The notes under the pieces: generated by a model | The model's input: the letters and a program-made list of their open reading frames with translations, nothing else | Database searches by the model: none | What the model was told of the DNA's origin: nothing | Shown: positions 42,240-52,224 of the stretch, one piece after another | Numbering within the stretch: the first letter of the stretch is position 1 | Layout of the letters: every line of letters begins with the position of its first letter | Position numbers and translations under genes: made by a program | From: Sporosarcina sp. | GTDB lineage: Bacteria > Bacillota > Bacilli > Bacillales_A > Planococcaceae | Assembly (NCBI RefSeq): GCF_029257255.1 | Contig: NZ_JARICI010000026.1 | Span: forward strand, 11,497 to 75,496 | Direction of reading: 5' to 3' | Length of the DNA: 64,000 nucleotides

Positions 42240-42491
42240 CTGTAAATCCCCCTTCATGTTCGTCCAAACGAATACTTATACCATTATATCATAGAACAAA
42301 TTAAAATCACTTGCAATGACAACATTGTGTCAACGCTTTCTTCTGGAATGATAAAGATGACGGGGGCAAATCTATTCTGTACAATAAAGTAAATGATCAT
42401 CTGTACTCAGAACGAAAGTCGATTAATATGTACGGTTTATAACTGATGAATTAAAGACAGAGATAGATAAAAGAAAGGAAAGGAAGATTTC

Positions 42492-43565
42492 ATGTGGAGA
42501 GTAGGCTGGAAGATACTACTAATGTTGTTGGTGGTCATGGGAGTATTCTATTTTATGAATGATAGGGTGAGTGTCAATGAACCGCTTGAATCGCCTGTCC
42601 AACACGGTTCTCCTGTTGCGGTGCCGGAAAAAGGGGAACCGATGGGCGTACAGGGTGGTCCGAGACCAGAAGAAGGGATGTCTCTTTACGTCGGTCAAAA
42701 AGCAGAAAACCTGATAAATGAATATGGAGAGCCGACGATAGTGGAACCATCAAGCTTTCAATATGAGTGGTGGATTTACAAAGGGAAACCGAGCTTTATG
42801 GCAGGTGTGCTGAATGGTAAGGTCATTCAACTTTATACAGCAGATAAATCAGCAGATACAGCACCATTTGAAATTGGTCAGAATGTTCAGGAGATTCACC
42901 GCTTTACGCCGATCGAGTCGGAAATCGATGTAAACATAAAAGATAATACGTATACTTTTTCATTGAATAGTGAAGACATTAAAAATAGAATTTTAATACC
43001 TTATCAGGACTTATATGTTCAATTATATATTGACGAGGTAGATGAGCAGCTGGAAGGGATTCGTTTTATCAGCCCAAGTACGCTGGTAAAGCATCAGCCT
43101 TATGATATGACTTATTTAGGCGAAATGATTGAAGCGCCTAAGCCATCCTCCGCTGTGCAAACAGAAGTAGACAGCGCGATGGAACGGCAGACATTGGAAT
43201 TGACGAATCAGCTGCGTGTTGAACATGGCGTGAATGCTTTAATTGAAGACTCAAAATTGGCTACGCTGTCATGGGAGCATAGCCAAGAAATGACTTTTCA
43301 AAAATACAGTTCACGTGAGGATGAGCCGACTGAAAACTATGCAGAACGTTTGAAAGCGGCAGAGATTCTTTCAATCAAGGCTGGGGAAAATACAGCGTTT
43401 AACTATATTGATGCAATTGAAACAGTTCACGGCTGGCTGAACTCACCTAAGCACCGGGACGTCCTGCTAAATCCTACTTTTACCCATACAGGGGTAGGTG
43501 TCTATAATAAATACTATACACAGTCCTTTATTGCGCAGACAAAGAAGAGCGATTTGAACAATTAA
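42492..43565 (+). CDS. ylbC: CAP/SCP-domain secreted protein (YlbC-like)
   Basis: N-terminal signal anchor. C-terminal CAP domain (HGWLNSPKHRDVLLNPTFTHTGVG). Confidence 0.65.
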   Translation: MWRVGWKILLMLLVVMGVFYFMNDRVSVNEPLESPVQHGSPVAVPEKGEPMGVQGGPRPEEGMSLYVGQKAENLINEYGEPTIVEPSSFQYEWWIYKGKPSFMAGVLNGKVIQLYTADKSADTAPFEIGQNVQEIHRFTPIESEIDVNIKDNTYTFSLNSEDIKNRILIPYQDLYVQLYIDEVDEQLEGIRFISPSTLVKHQPYDMTYLGEMIEAPKPSSAVQTEVDSAMERQTLELTNQLRVEHGVNALIEDSKLATLSWEHSQEMTFQKYSSREDEPTENYAERLKAAEILSIKAGENTAFNYIDAIETVHGWLNSPKHRDVLLNPTFTHTGVGVYNKYYTQSFIAQTKKSDLNN

Positions 43566-44293
43566 GGGAGGATCCATGTACCTTTCTCATCAGACGCGAT
43601 GCCTCGAATATGAAGAGGTGTCGCGTGTTCTTTTGCGTAGAGCGCCGCTTTTTTTTGGATAATCGGATGCTGACAGTCTAATAGCGGGAGAAACTCTGTA
43701 AACGACAATCGCTCATAGCGGATGTAATGTGAGTTCGTATGAGGATCTGCGGACATGACAGCAGGTACATCTTTGTAAAATTCAACATGGCTTGCCTGCA
43801 GTGCTTCTGCGAGTGCGATGGCTGTCAAGTCGCTGCCGCCCCTGCCAAGTGTCATGAACTGTCCTTGCTCGTTCATGCCTTGAAAGCCTGGGACGATGAG
43901 GCATGAGTGTGTCTGCAGTGTATTGAGTATATGGGAGGTATTAACTTTTTCAATCGTTGCATTGCAAAATTCACCATGCGTTCGGATTCCGGTATTTTGT
44001 CCATAGATGATCGTGTTGTCGATTCCTTCTTTAGATAATTCAGCAGACATCACCGCCGATGAAATTAATTCTCCGCAGGCAGCGGCCAAGTCCTTTGCTT
44101 CACCTGAATGATTTAAGGCATCTGTTACTTTCAATAGAGTATCTGTTGAGTATGCATCCCCTCCCCGTCCCATTGCGGATACAACGACAACTACCGATTG
44201 ATACTTTACTAATCCATGTTTAATATGCTCAATGCATTTTGCTCGCTGTTGCTGATTCTGCATGGCGATCCCGCCGAACTTCTGGATAATCAT
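43562..44293 (-). CDS. Aspartokinase-like amino-acid-kinase domain protein lacking ACT domains
   Basis: IIQKFGG, VVVVSAMGRGGDAYSTDTLL, GRGGSDLTAIALA and VMSADP align with the DapG-type catalytic domain only (243 aa). Its stop overlaps the convergent ylbC stop. Weak SD. Confidence 0.75.
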   Translation of the reverse strand: MIIQKFGGIAMQNQQQRAKCIEHIKHGLVKYQSVVVVVSAMGRGGDAYSTDTLLKVTDALNHSGEAKDLAAACGELISSAVMSAELSKEGIDNTIIYGQNTGIRTHGEFCNATIEKVNTSHILNTLQTHSCLIVPGFQGMNEQGQFMTLGRGGSDLTAIALAEALQASHVEFYKDVPAVMSADPHTNSHYIRYERLSFTEFLPLLDCQHPIIQKKAALYAKEHATPLHIRGIASDEKGTWILP

Positions 44294-44314
44294 AGAATCC
44301 CAACTTTCTTCGTG

Positions 44315-44342
44315 ACATTCTTCTTATTACCTTCATAAGATA
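44315..44342 (+). promoter_or_regulatory. Weak sigmaK-like promoter candidate upstream of the MurE paralog
   Basis: AC, 17-nt spacer, CATAAGATA, compared with the recalled sigmaK consensus AC-16/17-CATAnnnTA. This is a low-information motif. Confidence 0.2.
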
Positions 44343-44386
44343 AAGTGAAATTATGTTTCGTTTCATTATATTCTGTGGTAATTAAA

Positions 44387-45841
44387 ATGTTCGGGAAAGG
44401 GCGTGACACCTTGCTTTTATCTGAATTGATAAAGGAGTGGCCGTGTACATTGCTGCAAGGGTCAATCCGGCAGATCGTCGGAGGTATTACGGAAAATTCG
44501 AAGCGAGTAAAGAAGGATTATGTATTTGTCGTCAGAAAAGGCACGTTACGCGACGGTCTGGAATTTATCGAAGAAGCAATAGCGAAAGGTGCGACTACTA
44601 TAGTTTTGGATCGAGTGAACATGGATTTATGCCATATACATCCCAGCGTTACCATACTTGTTGTACCGGACAGTTCTTTGTTTATCTCGTTCGCAAGTGC
44701 GAAATTAGCAGGCAATCCAGCTTCCGAATTAACAGTGATTGCGGTGACTGGAACAAACGGCAAAACGACAGTCAGTCATTTTATCGGACAGTTGCTGGCG
44801 GTACATGGAGTGAGAGCAGCGGTGATTGGAACGACAGGGATCTTCATAGACGGCGTCCTGACCGGGACACCTGCTGATTCGCTGACGACGATGCCGGCAG
44901 AGCAGCTACATCCTCTATTGCGCACATGTATAGAGAAGCAGGTGACACATGTCATCCTCGAAGCCTCCTCAATCGGACTTTCTTCTAATCGCCTTGCTCA
45001 CTGCTCTATAACAATTGGTATTCTTTTGAATGTAGGTGTGGATCACTATGCGGAACATGGCGGTAGAAAGGCATATATCGATGCGAAGAAACGTCTGGTT
45101 TCATTGGCGGATCAATTAGTTGTGAATGAAAGTGACCCGGTATGCGTAGAGATGAGTAGAGAAGCGACGGGGAAAGTGATGTATTTTAGTGAAACTCACA
45201 TAAACAGAATTCTCACATCAATAAATGGATTTAGGGTGGAGGTTCCGGGACAACATAATGAGATGAATGCAAGAGCTGCGGTTTGTGCGTTGCAGGCCGT
45301 GGGCTTTTCATTCGAAAAAGCTGTCTCTAAACTGGCTGTGCTGAAGTTGCCTGAAGGGCGTTTGGAAAAGTACAGTCAGAGCGGGGTAGATGTGTTTGTG
45401 GATTATGCTCATACACCGGATGCTTTACGGGCGGTACTTGAAACTTTATGCGAAGAGAAAACTCGGAATGTCGTGACGGTATTCGGCTGCGGAGGTAATC
45501 GCGATCCCGAGAAGAGACCCCAAATGGGAGCTGTAGCAGCACAGTACAGTTCACATGTTATTTTGACTTCTGATAATCCGCGTTCGGAGGATCCTTCGCA
45601 AATCATTACAGATATCCTGGCAGGCACTTTGGGTTTTGCGGTGCCGATCGATGTACTGCTCGACCGTAAGCTTGCGATTCGTTATGCAATTCGGCAGGCT
45701 GGAAAGGGAGATATCGTATTGATTGCTGGAAAAGGACATGAGAAAATACAGCAAATTGGTACGCGAACGGAGCCTTTCTGCGATATAGATGAGGTGAAAT
45801 TGGCTTTCACTGATAAAGCGGTAGCGGAAGAAGATTCTTAA
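44387..45841 (+). CDS. MurE-type Mur ligase paralog with DAP-type DNPR motif
   Basis: P-loop GTNGKTT, Mur ligase middle and C domains, TSDNPRSEDP. Start ambiguous among GTG 44345, ATG 44387 and TTG 44411. Confidence 0.85.
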   Translation: MFGKGRDTLLLSELIKEWPCTLLQGSIRQIVGGITENSKRVKKDYVFVVRKGTLRDGLEFIEEAIAKGATTIVLDRVNMDLCHIHPSVTILVVPDSSLFISFASAKLAGNPASELTVIAVTGTNGKTTVSHFIGQLLAVHGVRAAVIGTTGIFIDGVLTGTPADSLTTMPAEQLHPLLRTCIEKQVTHVILEASSIGLSSNRLAHCSITIGILLNVGVDHYAEHGGRKAYIDAKKRLVSLADQLVVNESDPVCVEMSREATGKVMYFSETHINRILTSINGFRVEVPGQHNEMNARAAVCALQAVGFSFEKAVSKLAVLKLPEGRLEKYSQSGVDVFVDYAHTPDALRAVLETLCEEKTRNVVTVFGCGGNRDPEKRPQMGAVAAQYSSHVILTSDNPRSEDPSQIITDILAGTLGFAVPIDVLLDRKLAIRYAIRQAGKGDIVLIAGKGHEKIQQIGTRTEPFCDIDEVKLAFTDKAVAEEDS

Positions 45842-45900
45842 TGAATAGTCGAACCGATCGATTTTTGGTATGATGGATGGGATAGGAGGTGCGGCAATCT

Positions 45901-46344
45901 ATGATGATGACGGATGAATGGATGAATGTCATCGATATGGCGGAAGAGCTTTCCGATATGCTGCTGCGTTCTGAGGTTGTGAAAACCTATCAAGACGCAT
46001 ACAACCGTGTGTATTCTAATTCTGATCTGCGGAAAGAGATCATTAATTTTAATAGAGTGAAGGAACAATATGAAGAGGTTCAGCGTTTTGGACGCTATCA
46101 TCCTGATTATAAGTCGGTTATGAAGGATATACGTTTGCAAAAGAGAGCCTTAGATTTACGCGATGAGGTGGCGGCGCTGCGTCTTGCAGAGAATGATGTT
46201 CAGTCGTTGTTGGACGAAATTGGCATTATGATCGGCAGTTCGGTATCTGCAGCAGTGAAGGTGCCTGCCGGAGACGGAGCATTTACTAACACTTCATGCG
46301 GCGGCGGATGCGGCTCAGGCGGTAGCTGTTCGTGCTCGGCATAA
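45901..46344 (+). CDS. ylbF: YlbF/YmcA-family regulatory protein (Y-complex component)
   Basis: YlbF-family helical body and Cys-rich tail CGGGCGSGGSCSCSA. ATG 45901 follows AGGAGGTG. Confidence 0.85.
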   Translation: MMMTDEWMNVIDMAEELSDMLLRSEVVKTYQDAYNRVYSNSDLRKEIINFNRVKEQYEEVQRFGRYHPDYKSVMKDIRLQKRALDLRDEVAALRLAENDVQSLLDEIGIMIGSSVSAAVKVPAGDGAFTNTSCGGGCGSGGSCSCSA

Positions 46345-46360
46345 GCATTTGTTCATAAGA

Positions 46361-46389
46361 AAAACCCTGCGAAGTTTGCAGGGTTTTTC
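46361..46389 (+). terminator. Terminator after ylbF (abuts module B/T)
   Basis: aaaaaccctgc-gaagttt-gcagggttttt. Confidence 0.8.
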
Positions 46390-46391
46390 TT

Positions 46392-46494
46392 ATTCTGTAC
46401 ACTTTACAGAAATTAAGACACCAGCCGGCGTACTTAGGTTGCCTTCCACTTCGGTACACTGGCTGGTGTTTTAATACTTTTTACGTCGTGATTA
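46392..46494 (+). repeat. Module B/T repeat, copy 1
   Basis: ttctgtacactttacagaaattaagacaccagccggcgtacttaggttgccttccacttcggtacactggctggtgttttaatactttttac. Shares the T tail with A1/A3 and matches the reverse complement of 56024-56125. Confidence 0.85.
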
Positions 46495-46673
46495 GTTTCA
46501 AGAGTAATAAAAGGAAAGGTCACACATTAACTTAGCTGACAATAAGTACTGATCTGTATTAAAAGTGCAGTAAGTAAATGTTTTTTTAGTTCAAATCGAG
46601 ATCAAGCTGTGCCTGATTAAGCAAGTTCATGTTTCTGTAGGGAGACAATTGTAACTTGAATAAAACACTCTAC

Positions 46674-46752
46674 GCAAAGGTACAACTGCTGGCTCATTCC
46701 GTAAACCAATCCGCCAGCGCCGAAGCGAGTTTAAACAGAAAACTCACACTTA
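46674..46752 (-). repeat. Module C repeat, copy C3 (internally deleted)
   Basis: cgcaaaggtacaactgc|tggctcattccgtaaaccaatccgccagcgccgaagcgagtttaaacagaaaactcacact aligns with both ends of C2, with the middle missing. Confidence 0.75.
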
Positions 46753-46808
46753 TTTAAACTTCCTAAAAGTCGAGCGACCGAACAGAAACAGTTCAAAGTT
46801 AAAAATCT

Positions 46809-47687
46809 TTAATTTTCGTTAAAATACTCCAGAACTTCTTTAGACTTTTTCGTAGTGAAACCGTCGATGTCCAGTTTAGCCAACTTTTCAATATTGGCTG
46901 TATTGGAAAGTTCGTAAAATACAGCAATGTTTAGTTGTTGCAGAAATTGTATAAAACCTTCCGAAGCAAGCGGGAACATACCAATTTTTTCCGTCAGGCA
47001 GAATAAGTCTGCGTTTGGTCTGTACAGGTGCCCGAATTTGCTGGTATAAGCAACATAAGCTTTCTTAATTTCTTCACTGCCGGCGCCGAGAGCTACGGAA
47101 TTTTGTGCGTACAAATTAAAGCGGTCAATCTGCTCATCGAACGTGCTCGTGACGACAACTCGTTCAGCAGCGTCCATTTCTTTCAGCAGACGCCATAGCT
47201 TTGAAGGAATCAAGCTGCCTTCATAAGTATCAGGAGAATCTCCCATGGAAATGACAATTAGCAGCTGAGGGAACATTTTCAATAGCTCTCGCAGCGGTAA
47301 AATCAAGGAAGGATCCTCGTCAGCTTCTGTCTCCGTTTGCTCTGGAGAAGAAGGATAATCATTTTTTAATTCGGCTAGCGTATAGTCTGCAATAGCTCCG
47401 GTCGGCAATAAATTGCTGCTCGGGGCTATGATAATTTCTTCATCTTTGGTCAGCCGGATATCTACGACAAAACCGTGTACGCCCAAATCGGCTGTCTTTG
47501 TAAATGCTGTGAGCGAATGGACGGAAGGGTCTTCGGCAATATCAATTTCAGCTAATACTGCATTCTCAGAAAATTGGAGTGCTTTCTTTTCTGTGCGTGG
47601 CTCTGGCTTCACAACCACTTTAGAAGCGGCCCAAGCGGCAACACTTGCAGCTCCAACAGTTAAAGCAACTTTTGTTTTCCTCCCCAC
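46809..47687 (-). CDS. Membrane-anchored GDPD-fold protein, catalytic motifs not evident
   Basis: GTG start with GAGGAGG 7 nt upstream. N-terminal anchor. LTAF..LGVHGFVVDIRLTKDEEIII and C-terminal DIDGFTTK resemble glycerophosphodiester phosphodiesterases. Confidence 0.5.
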   Translation of the reverse strand: MGRKTKVALTVGAASVAAWAASKVVVKPEPRTEKKALQFSENAVLAEIDIAEDPSVHSLTAFTKTADLGVHGFVVDIRLTKDEEIIIAPSSNLLPTGAIADYTLAELKNDYPSSPEQTETEADEDPSLILPLRELLKMFPQLLIVISMGDSPDTYEGSLIPSKLWRLLKEMDAAERVVVTSTFDEQIDRFNLYAQNSVALGAGSEEIKKAYVAYTSKFGHLYRPNADLFCLTEKIGMFPLASEGFIQFLQQLNIAVFYELSNTANIEKLAKLDIDGFTTKKSKEVLEYFNEN

Positions 47688-47899
47688 TCTAAAACCTCCT
47701 CAGTAGTCAGTCGGACTTTACTATTTTTTCCACACACCCAGTTTGCACTGAATGAACGTTTATATCTAACATAGTGTAACCTATTCTGCGGAAGTAGTGC
47801 AATAATAGAATAAAGAGAACATCCAAACATCCGATACGTAAGGTTGCGGGACTTTTCTCACCTATGGTATTGTATGAAGTAAGAAAGAGGGGGAGAATT

Positions 47900-48172
47900 A
47901 TGATTGATCGGCAAGGAATAATTGTCTATCTCCATCATTTAAAACAAGCGAAATCACTGCGCAAATTTGGGCATGTCCATTATATTTCTAAGAAGATGAA
48001 ATATGTCGTGCTGTATTGCGACCAAGATGAAGTGGAAAGCACGGTCACCAAGCTAGAACGTTTGTCTGCGGTTAAAAAAGTTTTGACTTCACAGCGTCCA
48101 TTTGTGAGTACCGTATACGAAAATGCTAAGCCGGATAAAGCAAAAGAATACGATTATAAAACGGGTTTGTAA
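47900..48172 (+). CDS. ylbG: UPF0298 protein YlbG
   Basis: RQGIIVYLHHLKQAKSLRKFGHVHYISKKMKYVVLY matches the YlbG/DUF2129 family. GAGGGGGAG SD before ATG 47900. Confidence 0.8.
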   Translation: MIDRQGIIVYLHHLKQAKSLRKFGHVHYISKKMKYVVLYCDQDEVESTVTKLERLSAVKKVLTSQRPFVSTVYENAKPDKAKEYDYKTGL

Positions 48173-48184
48173 TCGAACTCGTTT

Positions 48185-48580
48185 TTAACGCAACGGCGGC
48201 AGCAAATGATTTAAACGCAGAACACCGGTGATATATTGATAAAATAAATCTTTTTCTGCAAACTCGGATGAATGTTTCACTTCAACACGGACTGGCTTAC
48301 TATTCATTAATTCAGCCTTTTCGACAAACAAATTGAAGCGTTTTGAAGGTTTCTCTTCAGATTGTTTAATCCCTTCTCTACAGATATAGATGGGCATGAA
48401 CTGGCCATCGCTGAATGCAGGGTGAAAAGAAACCGCAAATGACAGGTGTTCAGCCGATCCTTTCTTTGAAGAAAAGATATAGGATTTGTACAATCTATGG
48501 GAATTTGTAGACATTAATTCAAGCAGTTCATAAATGTCGCCATAACCTTCTCCGAGTTCAATAAAACGCTGTTGAATCAT
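48185..48580 (-). CDS. Hypothetical protein, 131 aa
   Basis: ATG with GAAAGGAAG 9 nt upstream. I recognise no family. Confidence 0.5.
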   Translation of the reverse strand: MIQQRFIELGEGYGDIYELLELMSTNSHRLYKSYIFSSKKGSAEHLSFAVSFHPAFSDGQFMPIYICREGIKQSEEKPSKRFNLFVEKAELMNSKPVRVEVKHSSEFAEKDLFYQYITGVLRLNHLLPPLR

Positions 48581-48683
48581 AATTTAGCTCTTCCTTTCAA
48601 GCAATCAAACGGCGGATTGCTTATGTAGTTATTGTCTTGTGAATGGATCTTATCCATCATACCATGTGATGAGGTGTTGTACT

Positions 48684-50122
48684 TTGAAAACTATCTTGAG
48701 GATTTTGTTTCTGTTAGCTGCGGTAAATGCCGGGCTACTTTATTTGCATTACAGCCAGTCAGCCACTGCCAGCGGAGACAAAGATCGCCCTGATACGTAC
48801 CGTCAAGAAATAGAAGTGATTAACCGGGCAGACGGCTTGTACGTCCGGCATCATTTTTATGATTTAGCGACAGGCAGATATGAAATTATCTGGCCCGAAG
48901 GAAGTATTGATCACGACTGTCTGACAGAAGAATCAGCTTCCTGTTCTCGCTTTAATGAAGCTGGAATTGCATTTGACGAAGGAGAACGGGATCGGCAGTC
49001 GATCTCGTATAAAATCCCTAAAACAGAAAAATTAGCAGGCCGAAAATTATTTAAAAGACCTTTTGTTCTGCTGCAGGATGCCAAGCCGCTGACAACAGTC
49101 TTTCATATGACTGATGAGCAGAATATCGGCGGTATGTGGGTGAACGGTCTCGAACGAGTAGGTATTGCTGATAAAGAGCGCATAACGTACCGGCTCTATA
49201 GAGGTGTTGGTTTCGTTAATGAACTATACTGGCAGCCGCAGGATCTACCGATGGCATACTCTTCCAATAAATTGACGGTATACGGTGAAGGCATCGATAC
49301 AAAGCAAATCGATGAGATGGAAAAGATGCTGGAGGAAATCGGCGGAGATCATGTCAGTGTACTTTTATCACCTAATAATCAAACTTTATATGCTCAGCGG
49401 TTCGTTACTGAAAAGCCACAGAATATAAATCAGGTACTGAAACAAGTTGCACGAATGAGTATCCAGTCGCGATTTATTATTCCGACGGATGAGCCGTCTA
49501 TGAACAGTATGCTGGCTTCAATCCTTGGAGATCAGGCGATCGGTACGAAGGCTGAGCAAAATGCTTTCATCCGTTTTAAAGAAGCGCTGACAGAAGATGA
49601 ATTCCGTACTTTCCGTAAAAATGTACGCAGTCAGATGGGACAGCCTTTGGCAGCTGAAAAATTGGATGCGATTCTGAAAGATGTCTTGACGTTTGATTCG
49701 CAGTATTTCCAGAAGACGATGCATGAACAGCAGTACAGTTATCCGTTCTTATTATTGGACTCCCGCAAGCTGTTGCTGGACGGGGAAAAGTTAAAAGACA
49801 CGAAAATCGTCGTGAAAGACGGCAAGAGCTATTATCCTGCCAATGAATTGCTGACAGGCATGGGATATAAAATCACTTCCAATGAACAGTCGATTTATAT
49901 TGAAAGCCCTAAGCGCAATTACCGTTTTTCCAAGATTGAGCCTTTCTATGTCATGAATGAACGGAAATTTGACTACAAAGAAAAACCGTATTTGACGATC
50001 AACAACAAATTGTATTTCGATGAAGTGTGGCTCAGACGGATCTTCCTCGTATTAATTGAGAAATCGGATGAAACCATTGATGTACAACAAATTGAACGTC
50101 TAATAAAGGAGATGGAAAAAGA

Positions 50123-50126
<4 letters not shown>
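48684..50126 (+). CDS. Membrane-anchored hypothetical protein, about 480 aa
   Basis: TTG 48684 follows TGAGGTG. One N-terminal TMS. The stop overlaps the rsmD start (GTGA), so it is probably co-transcribed with rsmD-coaD. Confidence 0.55.
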
Positions 50127-51164
<1,038 letters not shown>

Positions 51165-51208
51165 TAGAAAATGGTTATGATGAAAATTCATCATAACCAT
51201 TTTTCATC

Positions 51209-52096
51209 TCAATACATCCAAATGAACAGCAGAGGCACGAGAAGGGTGTTCCAAGCTCTTCCAATGACATATGGGAGTATTCGTATACCTGCACCTTTCG
51301 CGATCGTCATGACTTGCATGTGGATGCTCATGCCGTTTAAAGAAATAATTGCAGCTATCAGTAGTGGGTAAAGACTGTCACCGCTAAAGTGTTCGGTGGC
51401 AGACTGGACACCCGATGTCATTTCAAAAACGGCCAATAATAAGGTTTTGGTGACGCCCATATCGACAGGGAAGACAGTAGAAATCAAATTGGACAGAACA
51501 TTACCGAGTGAAGAAAAGAAAATAACTGTTGTCGCCACCAATAAAATGACAGACGAGCTGTCTTTGATTGAACTGAGCAAAGGTGATGTATTTTGCTGTT
51601 CTTCTTTTACAGCAGGAGGTATAACCATTTTCATTCGCTGCTTCCGAAGAAACCACAGCATCACGAGGAAAAACGCAATGTTTGCCAAATGAATGGCGAG
51701 TAGTAGTTTCCAGCCGCTTGCCGTGCTGCCGAATAGTTCATTTCCAACAAAACCAATGATGAACATAGGGCCTGGAGCATGACATGAAGCCAGCAGCAGA
51801 CTGCTTTCGGCTGAGGAAATTTCACCGTTTTTCTTCATTTCACTGACTGTCACGGCACCAACCGGGAACCCTCCGAATGAACCGAGTACATACGCCTTTA
51901 TGTATCTGCTCCATTGGCCTGCAGGTTGCTGACTGGGCATTTTAAGCAGCCATTGCGTCAAAATGATATAAGGCAATAAATACGGCAGCAGCGCGTGAAT
52001 GAATAGCTGTGCTCCTGAAACAGCTCCTTCATGCGCGATCTCAGGCTGAATGATAAAGAGAATAATCAAGGCCCAGATGACTGTGACGTTGATCAT
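51209..52096 (-). CDS. ylbJ: YlbJ-like sporulation integral membrane protein (short form)
   Basis: Polytopic nucleoside-recognition-like membrane protein in the ylbJ position. No SD at its ATG; see the overlapping uORF at 52093-52131. Confidence 0.65.
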   Translation of the reverse strand: MINVTVIWALIILFIIQPEIAHEGAVSGAQLFIHALLPYLLPYIILTQWLLKMPSQQPAGQWSRYIKAYVLGSFGGFPVGAVTVSEMKKNGEISSAESSLLLASCHAPGPMFIIGFVGNELFGSTASGWKLLLAIHLANIAFFLVMLWFLRKQRMKMVIPPAVKEEQQNTSPLLSSIKDSSSVILLVATTVIFFSSLGNVLSNLISTVFPVDMGVTKTLLLAVFEMTSGVQSATEHFSGDSLYPLLIAAIISLNGMSIHMQVMTIAKGAGIRILPYVIGRAWNTLLVPLLFIWMY

Positions 52097-52131
52097 GGAA
52101 GACGTTGACGGACTGGTAAAGGACTTATCAT
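52093..52131 (-). other. 12-codon uORF (MISPLPVRQRLP) overlapping the ylbJ start by ATGA
   Basis: GGAAGGAG lies 8 nt before its ATG. Its TGA stop overlaps the ylbJ ATG, which has no SD of its own. Confidence 0.4.
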
Positions 52132-52224
52132 TTGCGTCTCTCCTTCCTATTTTTTGAACTGCAAGGGAATCTACCGTAATATATATGTTAAATTCGTACA
52201 GGCTATTAATGGAGGTGTGCTGTA

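Noticed and set aside
43562-44293. The short aspartokinase as a simple pseudogene fragment
   Set aside because: The ORF is intact from a plausible start to a clean stop, and the kinase-domain motifs are preserved. The downstream DNA is the ylbC coding region, so this is not a recent truncation with ACT remnants. Loss of function still cannot be excluded (KFGGIA loop, weak SD).
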